Position numbers and translations under genes: made by a program. The notes beneath the pieces are model-generated. The model was not told the origin of the DNA. It saw nothing but the letters and a program-made list of their open reading frames with translations, and ran no database searches. From NCBI RefSeq assembly GCF_009914755.1, contig NC_060926.1: a stretch of 64,000 nt of DNA. The stretch is one strand, 5' to 3'. Every line of letters starts with the position of its first letter. Within the stretch, counting starts at the first letter, position 1. This DNA comes from the human T2T-CHM13v2.0 reference genome, Homo sapiens. Shown here piece after piece: positions 33,645 to 46,910 of this stretch.

Positions 33645-33863
33645 ATGGCGGACACCCCTCCCTCTACCAAGCTCAAGCGTCCCAGGTCAACTTCAGACTG
33701 CTGTGCTGGCAGCGACAATTTCAAGCCAATGGATATTAGCTTGCTGGGCTCCAAGGGGGTGGGACCGGCCAAGCCAGACCACTTGGCTCCCTGGCTTCAG
33801 CCCTCTTTCCAGGGGAGTGAATGGTTCTGTCTCATTGACATTCCAGGCGCCACTGGGGTATGA
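33645..33863 (+). CDS. L1 antisense ORF0-like frame, 72 aa (translation unproven)
   Basis: ggaATGG strong Kozak context at the position homologous to the ORF0 start. MADTPPSTKLKRPRSTSDCCAGS... resembles ORF0 MAGAPPPASLPPCSLISDCCAS. Confidence 0.45.
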   Translation: MADTPPSTKLKRPRSTSDCCAGSDNFKPMDISLLGSKGVGPAKPDHLAPWLQPSFQGSEWFCLIDIPGATGV

Positions 33864-35020
33864 AAAAAACAAAAAACAAAACGAAACAAAAAAAACTCTT
33901 GCAGCTAGCTCGGTGTCTGCCCAAATGGCTGCCCAGTTTTGTGCTGTAGGCACTGGAGGGAATCTCCTGGTCTGCAGGTTGCAAAGACCATGGGAAAAGC
34001 ACAGTATCTGGGCAGGAGTGCACCATTCCTCATGGCACAGCCCCTCACATCCCTCATGGCTTCCCCTGGCTAGGGGAGGGAAATTCCCCGACCCCTTGTG
34101 CTTCCTGGGTGAGGTGACATCCCACCCTGCTTCAGCTTGCCCTCCGTGGGCTGCACCCACTGTCCAACCACTCCGAGAGAGATGAACCATGTACCTCAGT
34201 TGGAAATGCAGAAATCACCCACCTTCTGCATTGATCTCACTGGGAGATGCAGACCAGAGCTGTTCCTATTCGACCATCTTGCCAGCAAAATCGAATTTGA
34301 TCTCTTTCAGAATGTTGACCATACCCTTGTCTTCCACGTACTGCCACCAGTGGAAAATACACAGAAGGAAGAATGGTCCTATTTCTTTTAGAAATTACTG
34401 CTTCTCACCCTTCCTGGCTTGAGAGACCAACCAAACTAACAGGGAGAGCATGAAGTTACCACATTGGATAGAGGCAAGAAGGGACATTGATCAAAGGATT
34501 GCAGAGCCACAGTCTGGAAAGCCCTCAGAAGAAATGAGAATGGCCACTCACAAAGGACTGCCTGGCATGTGGCGCAGAGCCTGTGGTGGGAGTGGGAAGC
34601 TCCTCTCGGAACCAGGTTTAGGGAGTGCAGTGGTTGGGGACGAGGGTAAGTGTTGCTCACCACCATACCCACTTCTCTTGGGTGTTGTAGACCATAGGAA
34701 GCACCATAGCATAAACACAGCAGCATGGCAGGCAGTACACAAACTGCACGTGTGGCTCAGGACACAGACGGGGTTGTTGGTAAGTCAAAACCCCAAACTC
34801 ATCTTTTGTCTGATGTGTTTGAGTCACCTAAAATCAATGTATCAGGATCATTTTGGCAGCCTAATCTCATGAGAAAAATATACCACTTGCCAGTGGGACA
34901 ATCTGCTTCTCAGGCTGCTCGCCTGGAGCCAGAGCTGGGACATATGGTCCCAGTACAACCCCATTGGCTTGGCTCCTGGAACTCCCAGGGCATTAGGTTG
35001 ATCTCATGAGTGAAGCAGAG

Positions 35021-35238
35021 CAAGGGTTGTCAAATGGTTTCTGTAAAGGCCCAGATATTAAACATTTTAGGCTTTTAGGACCCCTCCTCTGTTGCAGCTA
35101 TTTTACTCTGGATATAGTGTGAAAGTAGCCATAGACAACAGGAAGTGAAAGAGTATGGCTGTGTTCTAATAAAACTTTATTTACATAAACAGGCAGTGAG
35201 TCAGATTTGGTCTTCAGCACATAGTTTTCCAGCCCCTG
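35021..35238. mobile_element. MER58A-like hAT MITE
   Basis: caagggttgtcaaa...ttctgtaaaggcccagata...atggctgtgttctaataaaactttattta...cagcccctg. Confidence 0.88.
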
Positions 35239-35543
35239 GGTACAGGGTAAGAGAGCACTTTGAAGGTGCTAAATGGGCGGGACAGTGCTAGGTGTTAATA
35301 GAAACAAAGGATAAAGGGAGACAGCAGAAGGGGAAAATGATTTGCATTTTTTTCATAAGATGGAGAATATAAAAAGCATTCTAGATTAAAAATCATAACA
35401 GCATATGCAAAAGAGCATATGCAAAGAACAGGACCAACAGGTTGAATGGCAAGTAGCTTGTTGCAGCTGGCAAAACAGCACACTATGGGGAGTGGCCACA
35501 GGGCACGCTAGGGGCTGCCATGTTCTTGGGAGGATTAAGTGAG

Positions 35544-35892
35544 TGATATGGTTTGGCTATACCCCCACCCAAATCTGAATTTTTATCTCCCAGAAGTCCC
35601 ATGTGTTGTGGGAGGGATCCAGCGGGAGGTAATTGAATCATGGGGGCTGGTATTTCCTGTGCTATTCTGGTGATAGTGAATAAGTCTTACAAGATCTGAT
35701 GGGTTTATCAGGGGTTTCCACTGTTGCTTCTTCCTCATTTTCTCTTGCCATTGCCATGTAAGAAGTACCTTTTTCTTCCCACCATGATTCTGAGGCCTCC
35801 CCAGCCATCTGGAAATATAAGTCCAATTAAAACTCTTTTACTTCCCAGTCTTGGGTATGTCTTTATCAACAGTGTGAAAATGGACTAATACA
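35544..35892 (+). mobile_element. THE1A-like MaLR solo LTR inserted in a MIR
   Basis: tgatatggtttggct...aaaatggactaataca. Exact TSD gtgag at 35539-35543 and 35893-35897. Confidence 0.93.
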
Positions 35893-35999
35893 GTGAGAAA
35901 ACAGATGTGAAATGTTTTGTAAACTCTACAAATGTCAGCATATTGTTAAGTAACTTAAAAGCATGATATGCTATGCTAATAAATTTTTATTTTTATTTT

Positions 36000-36370
36000 T
36001 TTCCCTGTAGGTCTGTGAGAGCCACTTCAGGAATTTTTTGCTTGGAGTTACATGACGAAATTTGCATTTCAGAAAGGCCACCTGATACTGTATGGAGGAT
36101 GGCCTAGAGGGCTGAACTGATGCTTGAAGGTGGGTAAAGAGGCTGTTACAGGAATTTGGGTGAGAGATGGTGAGAACCTGCACCAGAGCAGTGGCCTAGG
36201 AGGTGAAAAATGGGTAATAGTTGAAAAGATTGTTCGGAGATTGCACTGACATCATTTGATGACATTTTGGCTGTAGGCAGAGAGTAATTAAGAGGTGTTG
36301 CAGTGATGCCTGAGTACTTTCCCACATGGACTGCTAGGTGGATTCTAATGCCACATGTTAAGAGAAAAAG
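36000..36370 (-). mobile_element. L2 relic
   Basis: 'gaggctgttacaggaatttgggtgagagatggtgagaacctgcacc'. Confidence 0.65.
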
Positions 36371-36854
36371 CCCAGCTCTATCAACACTTGTACCCTGCAC
36401 CCTGAACAGCAATTGTGCACATGCTTGGAATGGAGAGGAGGGGTGGGAATCTGAGCTTGGCTTGGTGCCAATCCCTACTAGGGCCATGGAAGCTCCTGAG
36501 GGTAGGTGGAGAACAAGAAGTCTGTGAGAGGGGCTGGGCTTTCTGATATTCATTTCTTGTCTTGATTTGCTGGCTTATCAGAAGAAAGCCCTCCACCCTG
36601 GCCAGCCAGGAATGCCAGTGCTATGCAAGCCAGCACTTGTGGCTCCACAACTGAGCAAGGCCTCATTATTTTTCAAGAATACCCTAGTAAGGGTCTTTAT
36701 CTTGGACAAAGAAAGCTATTAAAAATGTATAATTCTATCATCTGCTCTCTGAATTCGTAGTGTGGTTGCAACAGGATTGGATCCAGATAGAGATTGGATC
36801 TCTATTTGACCAGCTTTCTCTCCTCCAAACCACATGGATTTATTTAGCCACTTA

Positions 36855-37075
36855 AGTGTGACGGTTAAGGGCCAGGCTCTGGAGCCAGTGGGCCTGGATT
36901 CAAATCTCACCTCTGCCATGGACCCTTGCCATGTGGTTTCAATATTATGTGTCTCAGTTCCTTCAAATGTAATGTCACCTTCCTCATAGGGTTGTTATGA
37001 GGTCTAGATGAGTTAATATGTGTGAAGCACTTGAAACAATGCCTGGCACAGAGCAAGCTCAGTATAAATATTACA
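36855..37075 (+). mobile_element. MIR
   Basis: 'ggttaagggccaggctctggagccag...ggattcaaatctcacctctgcc...cctcatagggttgttatgagg...gcacttgaaacaatgcctggcacagagcaagctc'. Confidence 0.88.
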
Positions 37076-38234
37076 GCAAGGTACTGAATGCCGCAGGAGA
37101 GATGGGTTCCAATTTGTCGGGCTTCAGATTCTCTGTGATTTGCCTTCTTTTTTCTTATCCTTTGCTGAGTAGTCACTGGTGGGCGCAACACTTGACCCCT
37201 GGAATGGAGTCAAGAAAAGAACCTGGCTCTTGACCCACTTGTGGAGCCTGAAGTGCTGAGCTGCATACCAGGAACCCTCTTGGCTGTTCAGGGTGGAGGA
37301 CTTTCCTTTGATCAGCCAGCAAATTAAGACAGGAAATGAAAATTGGAGGTCTAGGGCTCTGATGATATGTGGCATCTGGATCCCTAATTCCTGATCTTTG
37401 TTTGGGTCAGATTTGTTATTTCTACAGAACCAGAACACTGTCGTTCAAATGATTTTGGCTCTCTCTGTTAGTTATTTCAAGTGTGATAAATTTCTCTTAA
37501 ATTAATTACAAACAGAAAGGGTATGGTGAGTCAGCTCGTGTCTGGAATGGAGCCCATAAGCTAAGTGTAGGCCGTGAGACTGCACTTGCATCATGAGCAG
37601 AATGGGGAGATGAGAGAGATGATTTCCAAACAATGAATGGTTTTTAGGTGGAAAATACAATTCTGGTTTAGTGTTTTTCTAAGATCTTTTCCTTTAAGAT
37701 GAAAACCAGGGCTTAGTTACAAAGGTGGACATGCTGTCTAGACATCATGAATGCTAAAAGAAATGTGTGTGTTTGTATGCACCTGTGCACACACTATAAG
37801 CATATGAAACACACCTGTGACCTATGCAACAAATAAAAGTGACACGTCATGAATGCTCCCCAAATCTAACTTCAGTGCTACATTTTAAAAAAGTGATGGG
37901 GAAATACCTTCTTCTGGAGGCTAGATTGCCTCTGTATGTGTGTGTGGGGATTGTAGGAGTAGGGAGACTTCCTTTTTGATAGGGAACTTGGGGTAGAGAA
38001 TCAACCAAAAAGCAGCCATCAGAGACTCGTATGCATCCAGGACTGTTCTAGGTAGCACGGAGGACTCTGGTTAAGAATACAGTGATGAAGCTTTGAATGT
38101 CCAGTGAAGCTGGGAGGGCACAACTGACACGCATGAAATGGTTTGAGAGTAGACTATAAGGAATAAATGAGTCTGGGGGAAAAAGAGATCTAAGAATTTT
38201 AGAAAAATGGTAAAGCTTTAGAAAAGAAGGAAGC

Positions 38235-38267
38235 ATCGTTTCTCGGCCTTTTGGCTAAGATTAAGTG
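38235..38267 (+). pseudogene. 3'-truncated (tailless) U2 snRNA retropseudogene, nt 1-33
   Basis: atcgtttctcggccttttggctaagattaagtg versus the U2 5' end ATCGCTTCTCGGCCTTTTGGCTAAGATCAAGTG (31/33 identical). Flanked by direct repeats aaaagaaggaagc (38222-38234) / aaaagaaggaggc (38268-38280). Confidence 0.93.
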
Positions 38268-40075
38268 AAAAGAAGGAGGCAGCTTCCCAGGAAAAGTAAA
38301 GTTGAAGGTGAGCCTTGGAGCATGCTCTTTGCAATGTTTTGGGTATTTACTTATCCTCTTAATTAACTGAGCAGGAGAAAAAATGCATTTTTCTAGCTGA
38401 TTTTCCTTGGCACAATTGCAGGCCACATGATGCCACCCATTGGTTGAAGCTGAGATTGTAAATATCTCCCAGAGAAGCTAAATGTAGAGGGATTCACACA
38501 GAAATGGAGACCACAAAGATCTATAATGCCTCAGCTAAAGTTTGCATCAATTTTATATTAGCATTTACATTTGTAATATGGGGAAAATATCTGTTTGCCA
38601 ACATTACATAAGCAGATTTAAAGTACCTAACATATTTTACTGAACACAGACATAGATGTGTATAAAGCAGCTGTGGTACATTTTTCCTCCCCTGGATCAA
38701 GGCTAGAATGCTAATTTTCAGTGAAGTTTCTGGAGAATATGGTAATTTGTTATCTTAGCAAATTTTCAAGCTAAATTCATTCCCTTTTTTCTCAGCTTCC
38801 TTTCACCACAACCTACTCTGGTTCTAGAAAAGTATTGAACCGAAAAGCTATTGACTGCGGATTGATTGGTTTTAGATTTTTTTTTTACAATATTTTAATA
38901 TTGGTTTTATTTCACATTTAGGCAGCTTGAAAAACCATAAAACATCCTTTGCTGTGGTCAAAAATTTTAAATCTCATATTTTTAAGAGGATTATGTGTCT
39001 TTGTATGTTTGTGTGTGAAACACTGAACTAGAATTTGTGGTCTCATTGTAGTCATATTATTTTGGATAGAAGTTTATACATTCCCAGTGCAGATCTTAAA
39101 CAATACCTCTGTGGTAGCTACAAACATATTAAGAAAGCTAGCTTTGAATGGAGATTTATAATTCTAATTCAGTAAAGACTACTGAAGTACCATTAATCTT
39201 TCCATGCCCAAATCCTTAATTTTTACCCCCTTCATCCACTTTGAACCTAATCAACTGAAGCAGGACTGGAAGCATAGAAACTAAAGCATAGACTTTGAGT
39301 GGTTGGAGACATTTAACATTTAGATTTCCAGTCTCTTGATGAACAAAGTTACTGAAATTCTGACCTAGCAGAGGCAAATGGGCATAGTGCACACTTGAAA
39401 TCTATATGTGAGGTTATCTCATGAATTATTCTATTTGAGAATAAGCTGAAAAGAAATAGGTATTCCAAACTCAGATATGATGCTGGTATTCAAAAAGAGC
39501 AAACAGACCATAGAAGTGAAAAACATTAAAATAATTTGATCAAGGTTTGGAAAGGTGACTGGACATAGAACTAGGCTCTCATTGATATGTGCATTTTACT
39601 TCTCTCTTTCTCCTATTAGCAGACTATCACTATATTAATATGGCCTTCCCTTTTTCCTTGTTTAGGTATTTCATTGGAAAATAGAACTTAAAGGTTTTCT
39701 TCTATTTTGTTTTTACAGTTAAACATTAAACTTTAGTGCAAAGGCATTTTCGTTTGATCTTGCCTGAATGGTTCAATATTATTTCTTGGTATTTTTGAAC
39801 TTTCATATAATTCAGTAATTCTTCAATTATGCAAGTGTAATTTATGGAAAAATAGTAGCATTTTACAGGTGGGCATGGATAGAGCTCTAGCTCTGGAGTC
39901 AGGCAGACACAGCAACAAATCCTAGGTCTTGTGGGGACCAGATGTATAAGACTAATCTGGACACTATAATTCTTTCACCATCGGTTTCAGGAAAAGTAAA
40001 GAAAATAATTTTCTCCTTGTAGATATTTTTGTGAGATTATATTTGTAAAATGCTTGGCAGAGAGTCAATGGCAGT

Positions 40076-40385
<310 letters not shown>

Positions 40386-40639
40386 TAGTCTAATAAAGAC
40401 AATTTGTAATCCAAACTTGAAAAAATATCAACTCAGTTCTCTTACATTTATGTTTAATAAATGTTGCAGGGAGATGAACTCAGAACTTTGTATCTTAGAA
40501 TATTTGCAGTTTCTTCTTATTATAGTTATTTGGGTCTTTGTCTCATCATCTACTCTATGAGCCTCCGGTGGAAGGAGACTGTGATTTCACCATTGTGGTA
40601 TCCTTTGCAGTGCGAGTTCCCAGTATATCATTTGCCAAA

Positions 40640-41790
40640 CCCTGGTCCCAAAATATGCTCCTCCAGGGAGAAATGGTCCATGATATAATAAGCTTGGGAA
40701 ATGTTGCACACTCACTATGGCCTCTCTAAGTGCTTTCCAACTCGCATTAACTCACTGAATGCACTGAAAAGCTAGGTAGAAGAAAATCTTCACAATCTAT
40801 ATGTCTGTCAAAGGATTAATATCCAGAATCTGCAATGAACTCAAATCAGTAAAAAAAGACAGTCCCATCAAAAAGTGGGCTAAGGACATGAATAGACAAT
40901 TTTCAAAAGAAGATATACAAATGGCCAACAAGCATATGAAAAAATGATCAACATCACTAATGATTAAGGAAATGCAAATCAAAACCACAATGCAATACCA
41001 CCTTACTCCTGCAAGAATGGCCATAATCAAAAAATAAAATATCAGTAGATGTTGGAGTGGATGCGGTGATCAGGGAACACTTCTACATTGCTGGTGGGAA
41101 TGTAAACTAGTATAGCCACCATGGAAAACAGTGCGGAGATTCCTTAAAGAACTAAAAGTAGAACTACCATTTGATCCAGCAATCCCACTACTGCGTATCT
41201 ACCTAGAGGAAAATAAGTCATTATTTGAAAAAGATACTTGCACATGCATTTTTATAGCAGCACAATCCACAATTGCAAAATAGTGGAACCCACCCAAATG
41301 ACCATAAATCAATGAGTGGATAAAGAAACTGTAGTATATATATATGATGGAATACTACTCAGCCATAAAAAGGAATGAATTAACAGCATTTGCAATGACC
41401 TGGGTAAGATTGGAGACTATTATTCTAAGTGAAGTAACTCAGGAATGGAAAACCAAACATTGTACGTTCTCACTGATATGTGGGAGCTAAGCTATGAGGA
41501 CGCAAAGGCATAAGAATGATACAATGGACTTTGTAGACTTGGAGGGAAGAGTGAGAGGGGAGCAAGGGGTAAAAGACTACAAATATGGTGCAGTGCATAC
41601 TGCTTGGGTGATGGGTGCACCAAAATCTCATAAATCACCATGAAAGAACTTACTCATGTAACCAAATGCCACTTGTACCCCAATAACTTATGAAAAAAAT
41701 TTTAAAAAGGGAGCTCTAACTCTGTTTAACTTCATGTTTCTCAAACTTACTTGATTATGTTTGTTTTTTAATAGCCTCTTAATATTTGGC
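40640..41790. mobile_element. MER112-like hAT relic split by L1PB (pieces about 40640-40775 and 41709-41790)
   Basis: Left piece 'ataagcttgggaaatgttgca' and right piece 'ctgtttaacttcatgtttctcaaacttacttga' resemble the two halves of the MER112 consensus. Confidence 0.5.
40780..41708 (+). mobile_element. 5'-truncated L1PB1-like element
   Basis: ORF2 C-terminus plus 3'UTR 'gggagctaagctatgaggacgcaaaggcataagaatgatacaatggac...aaagaacttactcatgtaaccaaa'. Confidence 0.9.
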
Positions 41791-43118
41791 GTAACCCTCC
41801 TCTTATAGTGGCTAGTGCAGTGTTTGCAAAGTAGGTGGGCAGTAGATGTAGGGCATTATGTTGTATGTATTTATATTACATTTCATATGTTTCATTTTAT
41901 ATAAATCTTAATGCTACACAACCTTTTTTAGATACATCTTGCCATTTATTATTTAACATAATTTATATATTTACCAAATATATTTCAAAAAATATGTATA
42001 TATATGATAAAACCAGAATTAATATTTTAAATTTACCAAAAGCCCTTGGGAAAATATTATTGTAACAGCTCTTTAATCCTGTCCACATTAAATAGATTTG
42101 ATTTTTCTCATCAGTTTAAGAACCCTTAGGCTACTGGAAAGAGAATTGAGTTCCATATGTGAAATGTGCCCACTTAAATTAAAATGTTAATTAAAACAAT
42201 AGCAACAATTGTAAAAACAATGGAAATTTCTGTTCTTTTAAAATGAATCGTGTTGGATGAAGTTAACTCTGAAAAAGTGAGATTCCATTTGGTGATACAT
42301 GAAAACTATCAAAGTTAAACACAATATCCAACTCTCAGCTCATAAATGTTAGAGTAACATCTGTTCTGATGACTCCTCTTGTGGGAGCAATAACAGATAG
42401 GTATTTCCATAAATGGGTACACCAGAAAGCAGAAACTTAGCATGCTAAGTACAATTTTTAAAAATCTCATCTATGATAGAAATCATTCCTAACCACACAT
42501 TTCTCATTCTTATTATCAGCTCAAAGAAAATATAATTTGACCCATTCGTCATGACTCTGAGATGACCTCCTTTTTGCTTCTTACTCTAAGTAGTCCTGCA
42601 CTGCAGCTGTCTTATATATTCATTGTCAGCATCTCACTTGGCTGCCAATATGCCCTTCTCAGATGCTCTTTTCTCCTTGTCATCCATGCCCCACCAGCTG
42701 GACCCATCCAGATCTGGCCTCTAATTTGAAGATAATAGAGACATAAGATAAACTGTTAAACCAGTAGCTGGGTGTTTGTAGCAAGCATTTGTAAATCAAT
42801 AAGGCTACGTAAGAATCTGAAACATTGCTTCATAATTATTACTGTTAATTTTTATTCTCAAACGCTGGGAGGTATATTTTTTTCATTTTTGTTATTACAT
42901 ACTAGGTGTATATATTTTATATATTTATGGGGTATATGAGATATTTTGATACAAGCATGCAATGAGCAATAATCACACCAGGGTAAATGGGATATCCATC
43001 ACCTCAAGCATTTATCTTTTAGGTTACAAACAATCCAATTATACTCTTTCAGCTATTTAAAAATGTACAATTAAATTGCTATTGACTATAGTCACCCTGT
43101 TGTGCTATCAAATGCTAG

Positions 43119-43688
<570 letters not shown>

Positions 43689-44552
43689 TCTAACCATAGT
43701 TTTGTACCCATTAATCCCCACTCCCCTCCCCGTGCCCCACTACTGCCCTTCTTAGCTTCTGGTAACCATCCTTCTACTTTCTATCTCTCTGAGTGTCGGG
43801 AAGTATTTTTACAGGGGAGGAAATGAAGGCAAAGAGAGAGGTAAAGTGACTTGCCTGAGCTCTGACAATTAAAGGGAGCATTGACATTTAAATGCAATTT
43901 TACATGGCTCCAACACTTAACGGTCTTCTTAGCTCTCAGAGAATGATCTAACCTCCAAACTCTTAGGTTTCCCCATCGCAGTCCCCTGTGCATGGACTAT
44001 GTCCATCTCCACCTGCCATTATTTCCCCCTTTTCCTCCTCGGCAGTTGTCTTATGCAAACATAATCCTTCTGGTTCACTCAATGCAGCCACAAAGTTCCA
44101 AGGAGCAAATTGGAAAGATCCACATAATTTAGCAGAGTTCTTTTCAGCACACATTTAACTATCCAGGGATTCCACTGTTTTTCATTGAATGATGGTGATG
44201 TAAGAAAAAAAAAGTAGTTCATTGAGGGAAGAAAATACCACTAACCAACAACACAGTCTCTAACCAAGGAGATCACAGATGGCACATCAAGGTCAGCTGG
44301 CAGGAATCGCCTTCATGAAGGGCTCCCAGAAGCTGAGTGAGAAAGGTACCAGGAAACATTTCTTTCCTTGGGGAGAGATACCTTTGATAATTATTAAGTT
44401 ATTTTCTGAGTTCTCTGATTCCCTGTGGAAATGACTTTCTAATTTCTGTACTTACCGTTACTATCTTTTGATTTCCTCTTTCTCCTGTGTTTGGGCCCCT
44501 AAGACACCAGCATGCTTCAGATGCCATGGTACTTAGACCCAACTCTTGGTTA

Positions 44553-44571
44553 GCACTCCCTCTAGTGGCAG
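44553..44571 (-). promoter_or_regulatory. Candidate CTCF site
   Basis: Minus strand CTGCCACTAGAGGGAGTGC versus core CCASYAGRKGGC (one mismatch). Confidence 0.45.
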
Positions 44572-45320
44572 CTCCATGAATCTCCAATAATTACCCTCAG
44601 TTGATAAGTGTCTGAATGATCAAAATCACAGAAGAGTTTACTTACTTAATTTTTATTTAGCCTTTATTTCTGTAATCTTAATGACCAGAAAAATAACTAT
44701 AAAATTTATCTAATATTATTTATGTGCAAACTACTTCCATTTTTTACTATTAAAATAATTCTTATTCTTTATTGAATATATTTATGTATAGATTGAAAAC
44801 ATTTCCTTAGGTTAAATCCTCAGTAGCTGAATTTTGAGGACATTGAATTTGTCTCTTTATATTAAATAAAATTATACAAAAAGGGTTTTTAAAGCATTAC
44901 AACACAACTCTCACCAGCCTTGGATCTCATATTTACATTTTTAAGTGTCAAGTAATACCTCATTTCAAACTTGTTACTTCTCTGGTAGTTAGAAGTTGAA
45001 CATTTTCTGTGTTTGTCTACCATTTGTCTTTCTCAGGTATGAATTATCTACTCATATATTTTTTCTGGTTTGTCTATCAGGATCTAGATATTTCGATATG
45101 AACCAGATGAGTCAGTGTAGGCAGAGAGATTCCTCTTTATAAAATTGAATACTAACATTTCCTTGGTCACACTTGCTATTTACCTAGCAAGACCTTGTCT
45201 GTTACTAATGTATAGTCTATTGTTTAATTTACCACACTATATTTTACCATATGCTACATGTCTGTCTCCTGTACAGGATTGCTAATTTCTTGAGAAAAAT
45301 ATGAAGTGACTGGGGACACA

Positions 45321-45364
45321 TTAAAGACACTCAAAAATGTTGTTAAAGACACTCAAAAATGTTG
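45321..45364. repeat. Perfect 22-bp tandem duplication
   Basis: ttaaagacactcaaaaatgttg x2. Confidence 0.95.
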
Positions 45365-46499
45365 TGAGAACAGGAAATCTTCCTAGACAAAATTTCCTAG
45401 AGAAAATCTCCAATATGGGGCTAAGACCCCTAGCACCTGCAGGCAAAAGTTTTTTTCTTGTCAGAGGAAGCAGATGATATTACCTGATACCTGTGTTGCA
45501 ATGAGGGATGAGAACTTGCAATTTCTATAAAAGAATAGGGAAAATCTTCTTTACCACCATTTGGAGTAGAGTCCAAGAACATTGTAATTGAGTCTCATCA
45601 TACATTCTTTGCTGTGTCCCTGAATGAAACAAGAACAATAAGAACCTTCATCTCTTTGGAGGGGATGACTTAAGTTGTCACGACAGGGTGTCGCTGAAGG
45701 CCAGGGAGAATCCTTTTGCCACCTGACACCATTGCCAGGTTAGCTGGTTGTATACTGGCTCCGGGATCCCCAAGACTATTTTGATGGGTGAAGACAGGTG
45801 CCCTTGGGCAGGGGGTTAAAGCATTGTGGTTTATATTTGGACTCTGAAATTAATAAGAAACAAAGGGTGAATCAAACCCTTTAACCCCTCTCACTCTCTG
45901 CATGTGTTAAGATTAGGTTTTCATGGAGATCAAAATAAAATATGGTCTGACCTGGAGAAGGGAGGTTGCCTGCTTTGTTTGGCAGCCTGGGCTAGCTCAC
46001 AGTTCCTGAACTGGGTAGTCACTTAGCAAATGTTAGGTTAATGAGTGGACACAGGAAAGAATTCTGAATGCACCTGTGTTCCCCAGCCAACTGTTTGGAT
46101 TTTTATTTGGTTGTTCTAAAAGGTATAAATTCTTAAGCTGACATTTTCTGTTTTCTTTTCTTGTTTCAAAATTTAGAAAGGTGTCCATTCAAAGAACTGA
46201 CAGATCTTTGGTAGTAGTTTTTCTACCATAATTTCACATCAGATTATTTACTTAGATGGAGTTGATTTTAGTGTGTGGCAACAGCAATCACTTTTCTTGA
46301 GTAAGAAATGAAATAAATCTTCCAGCTTGATTACTGTCACATATGTTGTGAGATAAATCACAAATTTTATGTAGTGTTAGCAAAGTTGTATGAAACAATA
46401 TGTTTTCTTTTTGTTGCTGTTAAAACTTCAGTTATTTCTATAAGCTTTTTAGTGGCCTTCTGTTATTTATTCTGATCCAAGAGTAGTTTTTTTTTTCTG

Positions 46500-46910
46500 G
46501 TCAAAGCACCTCTAATTCCCTCTCAGTTTGTGTGGTTTGTAAGGAGCTGATGTCTGCTCTGGAGATGGTAAGGAGCTCAGGACTGGCAGTGACATTTTGA
46601 TACTATTGGGAAAAAGTTTCTCTTTTCTCTCTGGAGCTGCTAAGCTGGTAAGAAGTAAAATTAGAATTGACCCTGAGCAATCTTTCCACTGCCCTAGAGA
46701 GACAGCGTGAGAGCTGTCTCTTGAGAAATCCTGCCTAACAATGGAGATAACATATGGAAAGCTAAACTGACAGTCAGATTTCTGAGATGTCTTTTAAGTG
46801 CTTGGATCCGGCAATGTGTTGCTTAGACTTTTTCCATTTGAAGAGCTAATCCATTTTTCTGTTTAATAAAATAAGTTGCCATTGGGTTTCTGACACCCAA
46901 ACTAAAAAAG
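46500..46910 (+). mobile_element. Old MLT1 (I/J/K-like) LTR
   Basis: 'tactattgggaaaaagtttctc...gctgctaagctggtaaga...cttggatccggca...ttgggtttctgacac'. Confidence 0.6.

Noticed and set aside
33862-33896. (AAAAC)n-like tract in the L1 5'UTR
   Set aside because: Decay of a homopolymer run that is usual in L1PA7/8 5'UTRs.
46698-46721. 9-bp stem hairpin agagacagc/gctgtctct
   Set aside because: Lies in an old MLT1 LTR, and a stem of this size is expected by chance in 64 kb.
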